Numbered from the stretch's first letter, positions 52,400-63,592 are shown. The stretch is DNA of 64,000 bases from an uncultured Desulfatitalea sp. (GCA_963668675.2 CAXXMB010000002.1:1408001-1472000); one strand, 5' to 3'. Translations and numbers: made by a program. The notes: generated by a model from the sequence alone, not told the origin.

Positions 52400-52455
52400 G
52401 ATTCCGGCTTTCGCCGGGATGACATTAGTTGTTGTTTATGGTTGCCGGGTTAATA
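52400..52455 (+). repeat. Partial second copy of the REP/MITE-like element
   Basis: GATTCCGGCTTTCGCCGGGATGAC-18 nt-TTGCCGGGTTAATA; same motifs and spacing as 12744-12799. Confidence 0.65.
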
Positions 52456-52468
52456 GCTATAGATGAGG

Positions 52469-54613
52469 TTAGCTGACACGTTCGGCATCCATGACCTGAT
52501 TGATCTTCTTGAGACCGGCCATCACCTTGGTGAGCTGTTCGGTGTCGGCCACCTCCAGAGTGAAGAAACTGGACACCATCTTGTCCTCCGATGTCTGCGT
52601 ATTGGCGCTGATGATATTGGCCCCCGCCTTGCTGATGCAGGCGGCCACATCGGCCAGCAACCCCACCCGGTCCACGGCACGAATTTTGACTTTTACAGGA
52701 AAGGGTTCGCGGGTTGCCGCATCCCACTCGACCTCGATAAGTCGTTCTGGACTGGACTTGATGGCATTGACGCATCCGGCACGGTGGACCGTCACACCAA
52801 ACCCGCGTGTGATGAACCCGATGATCGGATCGCCGGGCACCGGCTGGCAGCACTTACCGAAACGCACCAGTATATCGTCGACACCCTTGACAATAACGCC
52901 GCTGCCGATCTTTTTTTTGCGTACCCGCTCCATCAAACGATTGAGCAGGGTTTGATGCTCGTCATCTTGATCGGTTTTGGGCATCAATTTGCGCACCAGC
53001 TGCAGGGGCGTGATCTTGCCATACCCTACGGCAACGATGAGATCCTCCAGGGTCTTGAAGCCGAAATCCTCAACCACTTTGCTCATCTCCGGTGATTTGC
53101 TCTGGATGGCAAAGTTAAGCCGCACCTTGCGAAAAGCCTTTTCACACATCTCGCGCCCAAGGGTCAGGCTACGCTCCTTCTCCTGGGTCTTGATCCACTG
53201 GCGAATCTTGGAGCGCGCTTTGACCGTCTTTACAAAACTGAGCCAATCCTTGCTCGGCTGGTGCCCTTTTTGGGTAACGACGGAAACGCTTTCACCGGTC
53301 TGCAGCTGATACTTCAGCGGCACCATGCGGCCGTTGACCTTTGCGCCAACGCACTGATCTCCCACCTCCGAATGGATGGCATAGGCAAAATCCACCGGAG
53401 TCGCCCCTTTGGGAAGAGATTTGATCTCTCCTTTGGGCGTGAACACGTATACATCGTCCGGGAAAAGATCAATGCGCACGTTTTCTAAAAACTCGTCCGG
53501 ATCTTTGATGTTGGCCTGGTTCTCTACGATGTTCTGGACCCATGCAAAGGCCTCGGCCGTTTTGGGGTCCGCGGTCTTGCCCTCTTTGTAACTCCAGTGC
53601 GCGGCAATGCCCGACTTGGCCACATGATCCATGTCCCGCGTACGGATCTGGATTTCGATCCGTTCGCCGTAAGGCCCGATGACCGTGGTATGCAGCGACT
53701 GGTACATGTTGGGTTTGGGCATGCCGATGTAGTCTTTGAACTTCTTGGCAATCGGCTTCCATAGCGCGTGGACCAGTCCCAGCGCTTCATAACACTGGGG
53801 GATGGTTTCGAGGATAATCCGAAACGCGATGATATCGTAAACCTCTTCGAAATCGAGGTTCTGCTGAAGCATTTTCTGATAGATGCTGTAAGTGTTCTTA
53901 TATCTGCCAAGCACTTCACAGGGCAGCTGGTTCTCATCCATCTTGCCGCGAATGTACGTCTTGACGGTCTCGATGTACTTATCGCGCTCCTCCCTGCCCT
54001 TGGCCACCAGCCGTTCGATCCGCTCGTACTCCTCCGGCTTGATATATTTGAAGGCGATGTTCTCCAGTTCGTTCTTCATCCAGAAGATGCCAAGGCGGGC
54101 GGCAATGGGCGCATAGATATCCAGGGTCTCCTGGGCGATCTTGCGCTGCTTGACCGGGCTTTTGTGATACTGAAGGGTGCGCATGTTATGCATGCGATCA
54201 GCCAGTTTGATAAGGATGACGCGAATGTCGTCAGCCATGGCCAACAACATCTTGCGGATGCTCTCGGCTTCCCGCGCCTGGGCGCTGGAGAACGGCAGGG
54301 TGCTCAGCTTGGTAACGCCGGAGACGATGTGTCCAACTTCGGAACCGAACGTCGCTATAATCTCCTCTTCCGTGGCGTGGGTGTCTTCAATGACGTCGTG
54401 AAGCAAACCGGCGGCCACACTGACCACATCCAGCTTGAGATCGGCCAGTATTCCAGCCACCTCCAGGGGATGGGAGAGATAGGGCTCTCCCGAGAGCCGC
54501 ACCTGCCCATCGTGGACCTTGGCGGAGAAGATGTAGGAACGATCGATAAGATCCAGATCCACATCGGGATAGAATTCGGTGATCTTGTCGATAATGTCGT
54601 TGATTCGGATCAT
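52469..54613 (-). CDS. relA: Bifunctional (p)ppGpp synthetase/hydrolase
   Basis: R.SGEPY..HP, LHDVIED hydrolase motif, YQSLHT, EIQIRT, TGS and ACT domains. Confidence 0.93.
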   Translation of the reverse strand: MIRINDIIDKITEFYPDVDLDLIDRSYIFSAKVHDGQVRLSGEPYLSHPLEVAGILADLKLDVVSVAAGLLHDVIEDTHATEEEIIATFGSEVGHIVSGVTKLSTLPFSSAQAREAESIRKMLLAMADDIRVILIKLADRMHNMRTLQYHKSPVKQRKIAQETLDIYAPIAARLGIFWMKNELENIAFKYIKPEEYERIERLVAKGREERDKYIETVKTYIRGKMDENQLPCEVLGRYKNTYSIYQKMLQQNLDFEEVYDIIAFRIILETIPQCYEALGLVHALWKPIAKKFKDYIGMPKPNMYQSLHTTVIGPYGERIEIQIRTRDMDHVAKSGIAAHWSYKEGKTADPKTAEAFAWVQNIVENQANIKDPDEFLENVRIDLFPDDVYVFTPKGEIKSLPKGATPVDFAYAIHSEVGDQCVGAKVNGRMVPLKYQLQTGESVSVVTQKGHQPSKDWLSFVKTVKARSKIRQWIKTQEKERSLTLGREMCEKAFRKVRLNFAIQSKSPEMSKVVEDFGFKTLEDLIVAVGYGKITPLQLVRKLMPKTDQDDEHQTLLNRLMERVRKKKIGSGVIVKGVDDILVRFGKCCQPVPGDPIIGFITRGFGVTVHRAGCVNAIKSSPERLIEVEWDAATREPFPVKVKIRAVDRVGLLADVAACISKAGANIISANTQTSEDKMVSSFFTLEVADTEQLTKVMAGLKKINQVMDAERVS

Positions 54614-54619
54614 ATAAAA

Positions 54620-54757
54620 ACAGTTAAAAGTGTAAAGTTATAAGTGTAAAGTGTCGGTATTCTGTCATTATACAAGCCTAACTGTTCAGCAGCACGAAAA
54701 ATGAATCGACGGCACACCTTCACGTTCTCACTTTGCGACTTTCATACTTTCCTACTC
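54620..54757. repeat. 7/8-nt periodic AAAGT / ACTTT tracts in inverted arrangement
   Basis: AAAGTGT AAAGTTA TAAGTGT AAAGTGT, then TCACTTT GCGACTTT CATACTTT; related tract at 2625-2662. Confidence 0.55.
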
Positions 54758-54817
54758 ATTCTTCTCCCACACCCTGCCTGCAATTCGCTGGCCGGCGATC
54801 GTGTGAAGGCTGCTTTT

Positions 54818-56338
54818 TTAATACGCTTTCGCAAAAACCACACGTCTCGAGCTCTCTTCTCCACAGCAGATGCAACGCCCCTTCTCTTTGGGCGCATCGA
54901 ACGGGATGCAGCGGATGGTCACCGTCAGATCCTCCTTGATCTTGTTCTCACATGCATCGCTGCCGCACCAGTGGGAGAGGGCAAAGCCGCCGTGGATTTC
55001 CGGCTTTTCTCTGTTTCGAGGCGTAAAATAGTCACGAAACGCTTCGTAATCATCCATTTGGCGGGTATTTTCCTCACGGAATGTCCGGGCACGCTCGAAA
55101 AGATGGTTCTGGATCTCGTCCAGCACCGCTCCCACCTCATTGACAAATTGCTCGCGCGGCATGGCGATCTTCTCTTTGTGGGGCTTGTCACGCCGCCCCA
55201 CGAACACGGCATTGTTGGCAATGTCGCGGGGGCCTATCTCCACACGCAGCGGAACGCCTTTCTTGATCCAATCCCATCCACGGGCGCCGCCGATGTCGCG
55301 GCGGTCGACCTCCACACGCAGCGGCCGGCCGCTGTAGGCCACTTTGCCCAGATCGGCAGCGAGGCCGTCGACATAAGCGTCCACTTTGGCTCTATCCGTC
55401 TCCTTGTGAGCAATCGGCAAAAGCACGATCTGGGCAGGGGCGACTCTGGGCGGCAGGATCAGGCCATCATCATCGGCGTGCGTCATAATCACGCCGCCGA
55501 TCAGCCGGGTGGATGACCCCCAGGAGGTGGTCCATGCATACACCTCCTCCTCTTCTTTACTCTGGAAACGAATATTGGAGGCCTTGGCAAAGTTCTGTCC
55601 CAGAAAATGGGAGGTGCCGGCCTGCAGCGCTTTGCAATCCTGCATCATGGATTCGATGCACTGGGTATCGACGGCCCCGGGAAACCGTTCAGCCGCCGTT
55701 TTACTTCCCTTGATCACCGGTATGGCCAGGAAGTGTTCGGCCATGCGGGCGTACACCTCCAGCATCATGGTGGTACGTTCGAGGGCCTCTTCTGCGGTAG
55801 CGTGCGCGGTGTGGCCCTCCTGCCAGAGGAATTCGCTGGTTCGCAGAAAAATTCGGGTTCGCATCTCCCAGCGCACCACGTTGGCCCATTGATTGATCAG
55901 CAGGGGCAGGTCGCGATAACTACTCACCCACTTGGAGAAGGCGTCGCCGATGATGGTCTCCGATGTGGGGCGCACGACCAGCGGTTCGGTTAAGCGGCCG
56001 CCGGGCACCAATCCGCCCTCTGCACCCTTCTCGAGACGATGGTGGGTCACCACGGCGCACTCTTTGGCGAAACCTTCGACATGTTCGGCCTCTTTCTCCA
56101 GAAAGCTCAAGGGGATAAAGAGGGGGAAATAGGCATTTTTCACCCCGGTGGCCTTGAACATGTCGTCCATTTCACGCTGGATATTCTCCCAGAGGGCATA
56201 CCCCCAAGGCTTGATCACCATGCAACCGCGGACAGGAGACCGTTCGGCCATGTCTGAGGCGCGAACGACCTGCTGATACCACTCGGGATAATCTTCTTCG
56301 CGGGTGGGAGTGATGGCTGTTTTTACTTTTTGGGCCAT
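54818..56338 (-). CDS. proS: Prolyl-tRNA synthetase, archaeal/eukaryotic type
   Basis: RPTSET, WEMRTRIFLRTSEFLWQEGHT, QAGTSHFLGQNF, C-terminal FAKAY. Confidence 0.95.
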   Translation of the reverse strand: MAQKVKTAITPTREEDYPEWYQQVVRASDMAERSPVRGCMVIKPWGYALWENIQREMDDMFKATGVKNAYFPLFIPLSFLEKEAEHVEGFAKECAVVTHHRLEKGAEGGLVPGGRLTEPLVVRPTSETIIGDAFSKWVSSYRDLPLLINQWANVVRWEMRTRIFLRTSEFLWQEGHTAHATAEEALERTTMMLEVYARMAEHFLAIPVIKGSKTAAERFPGAVDTQCIESMMQDCKALQAGTSHFLGQNFAKASNIRFQSKEEEEVYAWTTSWGSSTRLIGGVIMTHADDDGLILPPRVAPAQIVLLPIAHKETDRAKVDAYVDGLAADLGKVAYSGRPLRVEVDRRDIGGARGWDWIKKGVPLRVEIGPRDIANNAVFVGRRDKPHKEKIAMPREQFVNEVGAVLDEIQNHLFERARTFREENTRQMDDYEAFRDYFTPRNREKPEIHGGFALSHWCGSDACENKIKEDLTVTIRCIPFDAPKEKGRCICCGEESSRRVVFAKAY

Positions 56339-56411
56339 TGTGTGGAAATCCTTTCTATCGGGTCGTGGGCGACCACCTGAAAACCGATTTAAAATTGCAT
56401 TGTCGGGCGGT

Positions 56412-57494
56412 TCACTGACTTCCGCCATGCTCCCGCTCCCAATGGTCCACCTCTTCGAGCAGGACCTTTACCAGCTGATCTTGAGGCACTTTTCGCACCA
56501 CCCTGCCCTTTTTAAAGAGGATCCCGTGGTCTTTTCCTCCGGCCACGCCGATATCCGCCTCCTTGGCTTCTCCCGGACCGTTGACGACACACCCCATGAT
56601 CGCGATTTTAATCGGCACAGTCCTCATCAGCAGGGCCCGATCGACCTCTTCGACCACCGTCATGAGGTCGATGCCGCAGCGGCCGCATGTGGGGCATGAG
56701 ACGATCTCCGGGCCATGTTGACGGATGCCCAGGGCCTTCAATATCTCGAACCCCACCCGCACCTCTTCGACGGGATCCCGGGTGAGCGACACGCGCAGCG
56801 TATCGCCGATCCCTTCGGCCAGCAGCATACCGATTCCCAGGGCGGACTTGACAACACCGGAGTAGAGTGAGCCCGCCTCGGTAACACCCACGTGCAAGGG
56901 GTAGTCGGTCCGCCCGGCCAACAGGCGGTAGGCCTCTAACGTGCGCGGCACATCCGACGCCTTGATTGAGATCTTGATCTGGTCGAAACCGACCCTTTCC
57001 AAAAGCGCCACATGCCTCATGGCGCTCTCGACCATCGCTTCAGCCGTGGCGCCATTGTAGGTTTTCAGCAGATCCTTTTCAAGCGAGCCGCCGTTCACAC
57101 CAATGCGAATGGGCAATCCCAGATCACGGGCACAATCCACCACCGCCTGTACTTTGTGATGGCCTCCGATATTGCCCGGGTTGATGCGCAAACCGTCGGC
57201 TCCCCGCTTGGCCGCTTCCAGGGCGAGCCGGTGGTCGAAATGGATATCGGCAATCAGAGGGAGCTTAATCTGTGCCTTTATATCGGAAATGGCTTCAGCC
57301 GCCTGCATGTCGGGCACCGCTACACGGATGATTTCACAGCCGGCCTCTACAAGCCGTCTGATCTGGGCGACGGTTGCGGCCACATCCTGCGTCGGCGTAT
57401 TGGTCATGGATTGCACCGTGATGGGGGCATCCCCCCCCACCCGGATATCCCCGAGGCCGATCTGGCGGCTGGTGCGGCGTTGGATGGATGACAT
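56412..57494 (-). CDS. ispG: 4-hydroxy-3-methylbut-2-en-1-yl diphosphate synthase
   Basis: VQSMTN, ADIHF, RINPGN, CPTCGR, MGCVVNGPGE. Confidence 0.96.
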   Translation of the reverse strand: MSSIQRRTSRQIGLGDIRVGGDAPITVQSMTNTPTQDVAATVAQIRRLVEAGCEIIRVAVPDMQAAEAISDIKAQIKLPLIADIHFDHRLALEAAKRGADGLRINPGNIGGHHKVQAVVDCARDLGLPIRIGVNGGSLEKDLLKTYNGATAEAMVESAMRHVALLERVGFDQIKISIKASDVPRTLEAYRLLAGRTDYPLHVGVTEAGSLYSGVVKSALGIGMLLAEGIGDTLRVSLTRDPVEEVRVGFEILKALGIRQHGPEIVSCPTCGRCGIDLMTVVEEVDRALLMRTVPIKIAIMGCVVNGPGEAKEADIGVAGGKDHGILFKKGRVVRKVPQDQLVKVLLEEVDHWEREHGGSQ

Positions 57495-57505
57495 TTTAGC
57501 GCCTG

Positions 57506-58132
57506 TTACTGCAGTCGGCAGAACGGATTGTATCTCTTCTCCTTGCCGATAGTAGTCGCCTCCATATGACCAGTGTAGACCGCCACATCGTCCGGCAGGG
57601 TGAACAGTTTGGTGTGAATGCTATTGATCAATGTGTTGAAATCGCCCCCCGGAAAATCGGTCCGTCCGATGGAGCCGGCAAACAGGGTGTCCCCGACAAA
57701 GACGCTCTTGTCGGCATAGAGTGAAATGCCGCCGGGTGTGTGGCCGGGCGTATGCAGCACCTTGAAGGTGATGTTACCCACCGTCACCGTGTCGCCGTCG
57801 TCGAGCAGTTGGTCCGGTTTGGGCGAATCCTCGGACTGCAGCCCCCACATGGCGGCTCCGCTGGAGAGTTGGTCGAGCATGGGCGCATCTTTGGGATGTA
57901 TCATCAAATCTGCACCGGTGGCCTTTTTGAGCTCCTTGTTTCCGCTCACATGGTCGAAGTGACCATGGGTGTTGACGATCACCTTGAGTGTCAATTGATC
58001 GTTGGCCAGCGCCAGCAGTATTTTATCCACGTCTCCGCCCGGATCGATCACGGCGGCATGGCGCGTCTCCTCACAACCGACGATAAAACAGTTGGCCTGA
58101 AGTGGTCCGACCGGCATGGCACGAATGATCAT
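57506..58132 (-). CDS. Glyoxalase II-like MBL hydrolase
   Basis: THGHFDH, TPGHTPG, GDTLF..GRTD. Confidence 0.9.
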   Translation of the reverse strand: MIIRAMPVGPLQANCFIVGCEETRHAAVIDPGGDVDKILLALANDQLTLKVIVNTHGHFDHVSGNKELKKATGADLMIHPKDAPMLDQLSSGAAMWGLQSEDSPKPDQLLDDGDTVTVGNITFKVLHTPGHTPGGISLYADKSVFVGDTLFAGSIGRTDFPGGDFNTLINSIHTKLFTLPDDVAVYTGHMEATTIGKEKRYNPFCRLQ

Positions 58133-58218
58133 GGCAGCAATTCCTTTCTTACGGGCGGCATTTCGAAAGCATCGCCCTACTAAATGTATCCCCACTCAGA
58201 GAGGGCCTGCACGGCCTT

Positions 58219-58695
58219 TCAAACGCCGTTGATCGCTTTGGGTTCATCCTCAGCGCCTATCCGGGGGGTCGGGATGGTCGCCAACTTTCCGCTTTCAATG
58301 GCGATGCGGATACTGTCCAGTATTCCATTGATGAACGAGCCGGACTCCGGGGAGCCGAATTTTTTCCCAATGTCGATGGCTTCGTTAATGGTGACCTTGG
58401 CAGGTATATCGGCGCAATAGAGCAGTTCGAATGTGGCCATACGAAGTATATTGCGATCCACGCAGGCCATGCGCCGCAACTTCCAATTGCTGGAGTACCC
58501 TTCAATCACGGCATCTATATCTGCTTTGTAGAGCAAAACACCGTTGACCAGGTGGTCGAAGAAAGACTGGAAACGCTTGCCGGGAGGAAAACAACGGCAG
58601 TGATCGGCGAGCGTCTCCGCAGTAAAATCACCACTCATATCCATACTGAAAAGGGCCTGCATGGCCAATTCTCTTGCAAATCGACGGGTTCCCAT
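58219..58695 (-). CDS. nusB: Transcription antitermination factor NusB
   Basis: RRFARELAMQAL, DRNILR, INEAI, FINGILD. Confidence 0.95.
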   Translation of the reverse strand: MGTRRFARELAMQALFSMDMSGDFTAETLADHCRCFPPGKRFQSFFDHLVNGVLLYKADIDAVIEGYSSNWKLRRMACVDRNILRMATFELLYCADIPAKVTINEAIDIGKKFGSPESGSFINGILDSIRIAIESGKLATIPTPRIGAEDEPKAINGV

Positions 58696-58697
58696 AG

Positions 58698-59171
58698 CTA
58701 TATCTTTTCCACTGCACCCATCAAATTGGCCATCTCCACCGCCGCCAGGGCACTATCCCACCCCTTGTTGCCGGCTTTGCTGCCGGCGCGTTCGATGGCC
58801 TGTTCAAGCGTATCGGTGGTGACAACGCCGAAGATAATGGGCATGCCGCTCTCCATGCTGGCCGTGGCAACGCCCTTCGACACCTCTGCACTCACATAGT
58901 CGAAGTGCGGCGTGGCCCCTCGGATCACGGCGCCCAGACAGATGATCGCATCGTGTTTCGCCTGAGCCGCCAGCTTCTTTGCCAACAACGGAATCTCGAA
59001 AGCGCCCGGCACCTTGACGATATCGATATCTTCTGTCTTGGTGCCGCTGCGGGTCAATGCATCCACGGCGCCGCCGACCAGTTTGTCGGTGATAAAATCG
59101 TTGAAGCGACTTACCACGATGGCAAACTTCTTTCCCTCAGCCACAAGATTGGCTTCGATGATATTGGGCAT
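58698..59171 (-). CDS. ribH: 6,7-dimethyl-8-ribityllumazine synthase
   Basis: [27 protein letters not shown]. Confidence 0.97.
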   Translation of the reverse strand: MPNIIEANLVAEGKKFAIVVSRFNDFITDKLVGGAVDALTRSGTKTEDIDIVKVPGAFEIPLLAKKLAAQAKHDAIICLGAVIRGATPHFDYVSAEVSKGVATASMESGMPIIFGVVTTDTLEQAIERAGSKAGNKGWDSALAAVEMANLMGAVEKI

Positions 59172-59273
59172 CACTTAACCTCCGGTTGAATTACTGCTCA
59201 AACCTGTTGATATTGATTTTTCAGTCACTTCGGATGACCGCGATCGAATCCCCCGCCTGGCAGATATCGAAGA

Positions 59274-60488
59274 TTACTGCTCGACCAGCTGAAGCAGGTG
59301 TCCCATTTTGAGTTTTTTGCACTCCAGGTAGCATCGATTGTGCTCGTTGGGCGCCACCTCAATTGGGATCTGCTCCTCGATACTGAGGCCATATCCGTCC
59401 AACCCCACCATCTTCTTGGGATTGTTGGTGAGCAATCGCATCTTTCGCACCCCCAGGTTGCTGAGCATCTGGGCGCCGATGCCGTAATCACGCATGTCGT
59501 CTTTAAACCCCAGCTTTAAATTGGCCTCCACCGTGTCGAGGCCCTTTTTCAGCTGCAGTTCGTAAGCCTTCAACTTGTTGACCAGGCCGATGCCGCGCCC
59601 CTCCTGCCGCAGGTAGATGATCACGCCGGCCCCCTCTTTTTCAATCATACCCATGGCGCGATGAAGCTGATCACCGCAGTCGCAACGCAACGAACCGAAA
59701 ATATCGCCGGTCATGCACTCCGAATGGACGCGGACCAGCACCGGCTTCTCAGGATCGATTTCGCCTTTGACCAGGGCAATATGCAGCAAATCGTCCACAT
59801 CGTTCTCGAATGCGATAATCTTGAAATCTCCGCCATGCTCGGTGGGAATGGTGGTCTCCGCTGCACGGTGCACGAAAAACTCGTTACGCATGCGGTACTC
59901 GACCAGGTCGGCGATGGTCACGATGCCGATGCCGTGCTCTTCACTGAAGGTCTCCAGGGTCGGCATACGGGCCATGGTGCCGTCATCGTCCATCACTTCA
60001 CAGATGACGCCGGCCGGTGTCAAGCCTGCCAGACGGGCCAGATCCACCGACCCCTCGGTCTGTCCAACCCGGACCATGACGCCGCCGTCACGAGCGCGCA
60101 ATGGGAAGATATGCCCTGGGCGCACCAGATCTCTAGAGGTGGATCCATCCGCCACCGCCGTCAAGACGGTGGTGGCTCGATCGGCTGCTGAAATTCCGGT
60201 GGTGACACCGTGCTTGGCTTCGATAGAAACCGTGAATCCGGTCTCGAACGGCGACGTGTTGTTTTTCACCATCATCGGCAGATCCAACTGGTCGCACTTA
60301 TCACTGGTCAGAGAGAGACAGATCAGACCGCGGCCGTATTTGGCCATAAAATTGATCGCTTCGGGAGTGACCTTCTCCGCGGCCATGGTCAGGTCGCCTT
60401 CATTCTCCCGATCTTCGTCATCCACAAGGATGACCATCTTACCGGCGGCAATATCTTCGATTGCCTTTTCTACGCTGATACGTGACAT
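59274..60488 (-). CDS. ribBA: Bifunctional DHBP synthase / GTP cyclohydrolase II
   Basis: [35 protein letters not shown]. Confidence 0.96.
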   Translation of the reverse strand: MSRISVEKAIEDIAAGKMVILVDDEDRENEGDLTMAAEKVTPEAINFMAKYGRGLICLSLTSDKCDQLDLPMMVKNNTSPFETGFTVSIEAKHGVTTGISAADRATTVLTAVADGSTSRDLVRPGHIFPLRARDGGVMVRVGQTEGSVDLARLAGLTPAGVICEVMDDDGTMARMPTLETFSEEHGIGIVTIADLVEYRMRNEFFVHRAAETTIPTEHGGDFKIIAFENDVDDLLHIALVKGEIDPEKPVLVRVHSECMTGDIFGSLRCDCGDQLHRAMGMIEKEGAGVIIYLRQEGRGIGLVNKLKAYELQLKKGLDTVEANLKLGFKDDMRDYGIGAQMLSNLGVRKMRLLTNNPKKMVGLDGYGLSIEEQIPIEVAPNEHNRCYLECKKLKMGHLLQLVEQ

Positions 60489-60551
60489 GATTTAAAACTC
60501 TCCTATTTCAATTTCGTGCAATGGCACGATGGCTTACGCAACTGGGCGGAT

Positions 60552-61229
60552 CTAACGATCCAAAAACCCGGATCTGGCCAAAAGGTCCATGTTGACGCCT
60601 CGGCCAGGGGCAGGCGTTTCATCCTCGTCCCGGGCATGATGCAAAAATTGTTCGACATATTTGCCGATCAGATCGGTTTCGATATTGAAAAAGCGCCCCA
60701 CGCCCTTATAACCGATGGTGGTGATCTTTGCGGTATGCGGAATGATGCTCACCTGAAAACCGTCCGAATCGCATTGATTGATGGTCAGGCTGACGCCGTC
60801 CACAGCCACCGATCCCTTTTGGATCATGTAACGGGTCAAGCCGCTGTGGGCACTGAAGGTCAACACCCAGGCATTGGCCGCAACTTGGCGATTTTCCAGT
60901 CTGGCCATGCCGTCGATATGCCCGGATACCAGGTGGCCGTCCAAACGGTCTGAGAGGCGCAAAGCACGCTCAAGGTTGACGCGCTCGCCGATTTTGAGGT
61001 TGCCGAAGGTCGTCTTGGAGAGAGTCTCGGGTGATATGTCGGCCGTAAAAGAGCGCCCCGTCATGGTGACGGCCGTCAAACAGGCGCCATTGACGGCGAT
61101 GCTGTCTCCAATGCGGGTCCCCTTCAGGTCAAAGTCGGCTTCCACCGAAAGCACCCGACCGGTGCCCGAAGCACGCATCTCCACCAGAGTTCCCATTCCC
61201 TCTATAATACCTGTGAACATATTATCCAT
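60552..61229 (-). CDS. ribE: Riboflavin synthase
   Basis: MFTGII, SIAVNGACLT, GHLVSGH, KGSVAVDGVSLT. Confidence 0.95.
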   Translation of the reverse strand: MDNMFTGIIEGMGTLVEMRASGTGRVLSVEADFDLKGTRIGDSIAVNGACLTAVTMTGRSFTADISPETLSKTTFGNLKIGERVNLERALRLSDRLDGHLVSGHIDGMARLENRQVAANAWVLTFSAHSGLTRYMIQKGSVAVDGVSLTINQCDSDGFQVSIIPHTAKITTIGYKGVGRFFNIETDLIGKYVEQFLHHARDEDETPAPGRGVNMDLLARSGFLDR

Positions 61230-61385
61230 TGTTTGGTGTCAAACCGGTCGCGCCTGACCCCAATCTCCGTAAACCAAATCGAATCGGCGAACTTTCAAAA
61301 GGTTTAATATAAGGACGAACCGCCCATTCACAATCACCATGGCCAGCCGTTTTCCGTTTTTCTGCAACCCTTCTCCGGTCCATGT

Positions 61386-62483
61386 TCATGTCGCAACCGG
61401 ATACCCCTGAATCAAAATATCCGCCCCGACCCGCTCGACCGTGGGGTTTTCAACGGCCAAGGCCTGTTTCATCCATTCGGGGCCTGGCCCGGCACACATG
61501 GGAGTGCCATCGCCGCCCAACAATTTGGGGGCGAAGAAAAGGGATACTTTGTCGACAATGCCGAATCTCAAGGCACTACCGGCAACGGCTGCACCGCCTT
61601 CGATGAGCAGGCTCGAAATCTCCATCTCACCCAACCGTTTCACCAGATGCGCCATATCGATGCGGCCCTTGTGCAAGGGGAGTTCGAGAATTCGCGCGCC
61701 GGCGTCGCTGAGTTCCTGACGCCGCCCCTGGTCGGCCTCCGGCCCGCACACCAGATAGGTGGGTGCATTGGATTTCTGGCTGAGCATACGTGCACCCGGC
61801 GACATGGTGAGGTGCGTATCGAGCACCAGTCGAATGGGATCGACGCCATCGCCATCCGGCATCCGTGTGGTCAGCTCCGGATCGTCCGCCCTGACCGTAC
61901 CGATGCCCACCATGATGGCATCCATGTTGTGGCGCATGCGGTGCACCAATGCTCTGGCCTGATCGCCGGTCACCCAACGGGCATCTCCGCGACTCGTGGC
62001 GATGCGGCCGTCCAAGGTGGCGGCCATCTTCAGCACGACAAAGGGCTGACCGGTTTGAATGAACTTGATGAAGCTTTCGTTGAGTCGACGTGCCTCCTGC
62101 TCAAGTATCCCGCACGTCACTTCAAGGCCATGCGCTTGTAAATAAGCGTTGCCCCCACCGCGCACCCCGGGGTTGGGATCGGCCATGGCCACGACGACCC
62201 TTTTTACGCCTGCACCCAGGATCTTCTGCGTGCATGGCGGCGTGCGGCCATGATGATTGCACGGTTCAAGGGTCACATAAAGGGTCGCCCCAACCGCCCC
62301 ATCACCGGCATCGTCCAGGGCGTGAACCTCGGCGTGGGGACCGCCCACGGCCTGGTGGTATCCCTGTCCGACCAGCTGTCCGTTTCGAACCACCACCGCT
62401 CCGACCATGGGGTTGGGCGATACGCGGCCTGCTCCTTTAACGGCCAGCTCCAGGGCCTTGGCCATGTAATCATGATCGTTCAT
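61386..62483 (-). CDS. ribD: Riboflavin deaminase/reductase
   Basis: PNPMVG, HAE, TLEPCNHHGRTPPC, LLIEGG. Confidence 0.96.
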   Translation of the reverse strand: MNDHDYMAKALELAVKGAGRVSPNPMVGAVVVRNGQLVGQGYHQAVGGPHAEVHALDDAGDGAVGATLYVTLEPCNHHGRTPPCTQKILGAGVKRVVVAMADPNPGVRGGGNAYLQAHGLEVTCGILEQEARRLNESFIKFIQTGQPFVVLKMAATLDGRIATSRGDARWVTGDQARALVHRMRHNMDAIMVGIGTVRADDPELTTRMPDGDGVDPIRLVLDTHLTMSPGARMLSQKSNAPTYLVCGPEADQGRRQELSDAGARILELPLHKGRIDMAHLVKRLGEMEISSLLIEGGAAVAGSALRFGIVDKVSLFFAPKLLGGDGTPMCAGPGPEWMKQALAVENPTVERVGADILIQGYPVAT

Positions 62484-62610
62484 CTGTTTGCCGCCCCTGG
62501 CTGCCTCACCTGACTGTCATCCCCTGTTCGCCCCCAGGCAACGCAATCTGCCGATGCGTCGCTCTCTCCCGGTCTACCCGAGCGATGCGCCCATCTGTCC
62601 GCAACCACTT

Positions 62611-63066
62611 TCAACGCTCGCTCAAAAGCGTCTTCAGCTCGGACACAAAGTCATTCACATCCTTAAACTCACGATACACCGAAGCGAAACGCACATAGGC
62701 AATATCGTTGAGGCCGTGCAGCCGCACCATGATCTTCTCCCCGATCATGCGGGATGGGATCTCCTTCTCTCCAGTCTCACGCAGATCACGTTCGAGGTCA
62801 TCGATAAAATCTTCGATAACGTTCATGCTGATGTCCAGCTTCTGACACGCCTTCTGCAATCCGTCACGCACCTTCTCGCGGCTGAAGACCTCCCGACGCC
62901 CATCTTTCTTCACGATCATAATGGGAATCTCTTCGATGTGCTCGTAGGTGGTAAACCGCCTGGTGCAATCGGTGCACTCCCGGCGCCTACGGATTACCGC
63001 GCCATCCTTGCTCACACGCGAATCGATCACCTTGTTGTCCATCTCCCCACAAAACGGACACTTCAT
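62611..63066 (-). CDS. nrdR: Transcriptional repressor NrdR
   Basis: [38 protein letters not shown]. Confidence 0.97.
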   Translation of the reverse strand: MKCPFCGEMDNKVIDSRVSKDGAVIRRRRECTDCTRRFTTYEHIEEIPIMIVKKDGRREVFSREKVRDGLQKACQKLDISMNVIEDFIDDLERDLRETGEKEIPSRMIGEKIMVRLHGLNDIAYVRFASVYREFKDVNDFVSELKTLLSER

Positions 63067-63542
63067 GGACGCACCTCCGTCTGGCTGCTTGGCAATTTGA
63101 CAAGTTCCACTTCGGCTTCGGCCAACATCTCTTTCGATATGGAATCCGCATAACCGGACTGGTATACAATCCGAACGATACCGGCGTTGATGATCATCTT
63201 GGCACAGATCGAACAAGGCAAGTTTGTGCAAAAAAGATCGGCGCCTTTGATGGAAACCCCGTGGTAGGCCGCTTGAATAATGGCGTTCTGTTCGGCGTGG
63301 ATACCCCGGCACAGTTCGTGGCGCTCCCCCGAAGGCACGTTCAACTGCTCCCGAAGGCAACCCACCTCTGCACAATGGCGTACATGGCTTGGTGCACCGT
63401 TGTATCCGGTGGCAAGCACTCGCCTCTCTTTCACGATGATGGCGCCGACAGCCCTGCGCAGACAGGTGGCGCGCTTGGCAACCAGGCAGGTGATGTCCAT
63501 AAAATAGTTGTCCCAGGTGGGCCTCTCAATGGGGTGCATCAT
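63063..63542 (-). CDS. dCMP deaminase family protein (ComEB-like)
   Basis: [24 protein letters not shown]. Confidence 0.92.
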   Translation of the reverse strand: MMHPIERPTWDNYFMDITCLVAKRATCLRRAVGAIIVKERRVLATGYNGAPSHVRHCAEVGCLREQLNVPSGERHELCRGIHAEQNAIIQAAYHGVSIKGADLFCTNLPCSICAKMIINAGIVRIVYQSGYADSISKEMLAEAEVELVKLPSSQTEVRP

Positions 63543-63592
63543 AATTCATTACCTTCATCGCTGCTGTCGGTGCTGACGTCCTATCTACGAAA

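Noticed and set aside
61230..62610. FMN riboswitch near rib genes
   Set aside because: No AGGGC.GGG.GAAATTCCC.ACCG core seen in the gaps before ribD or ribE
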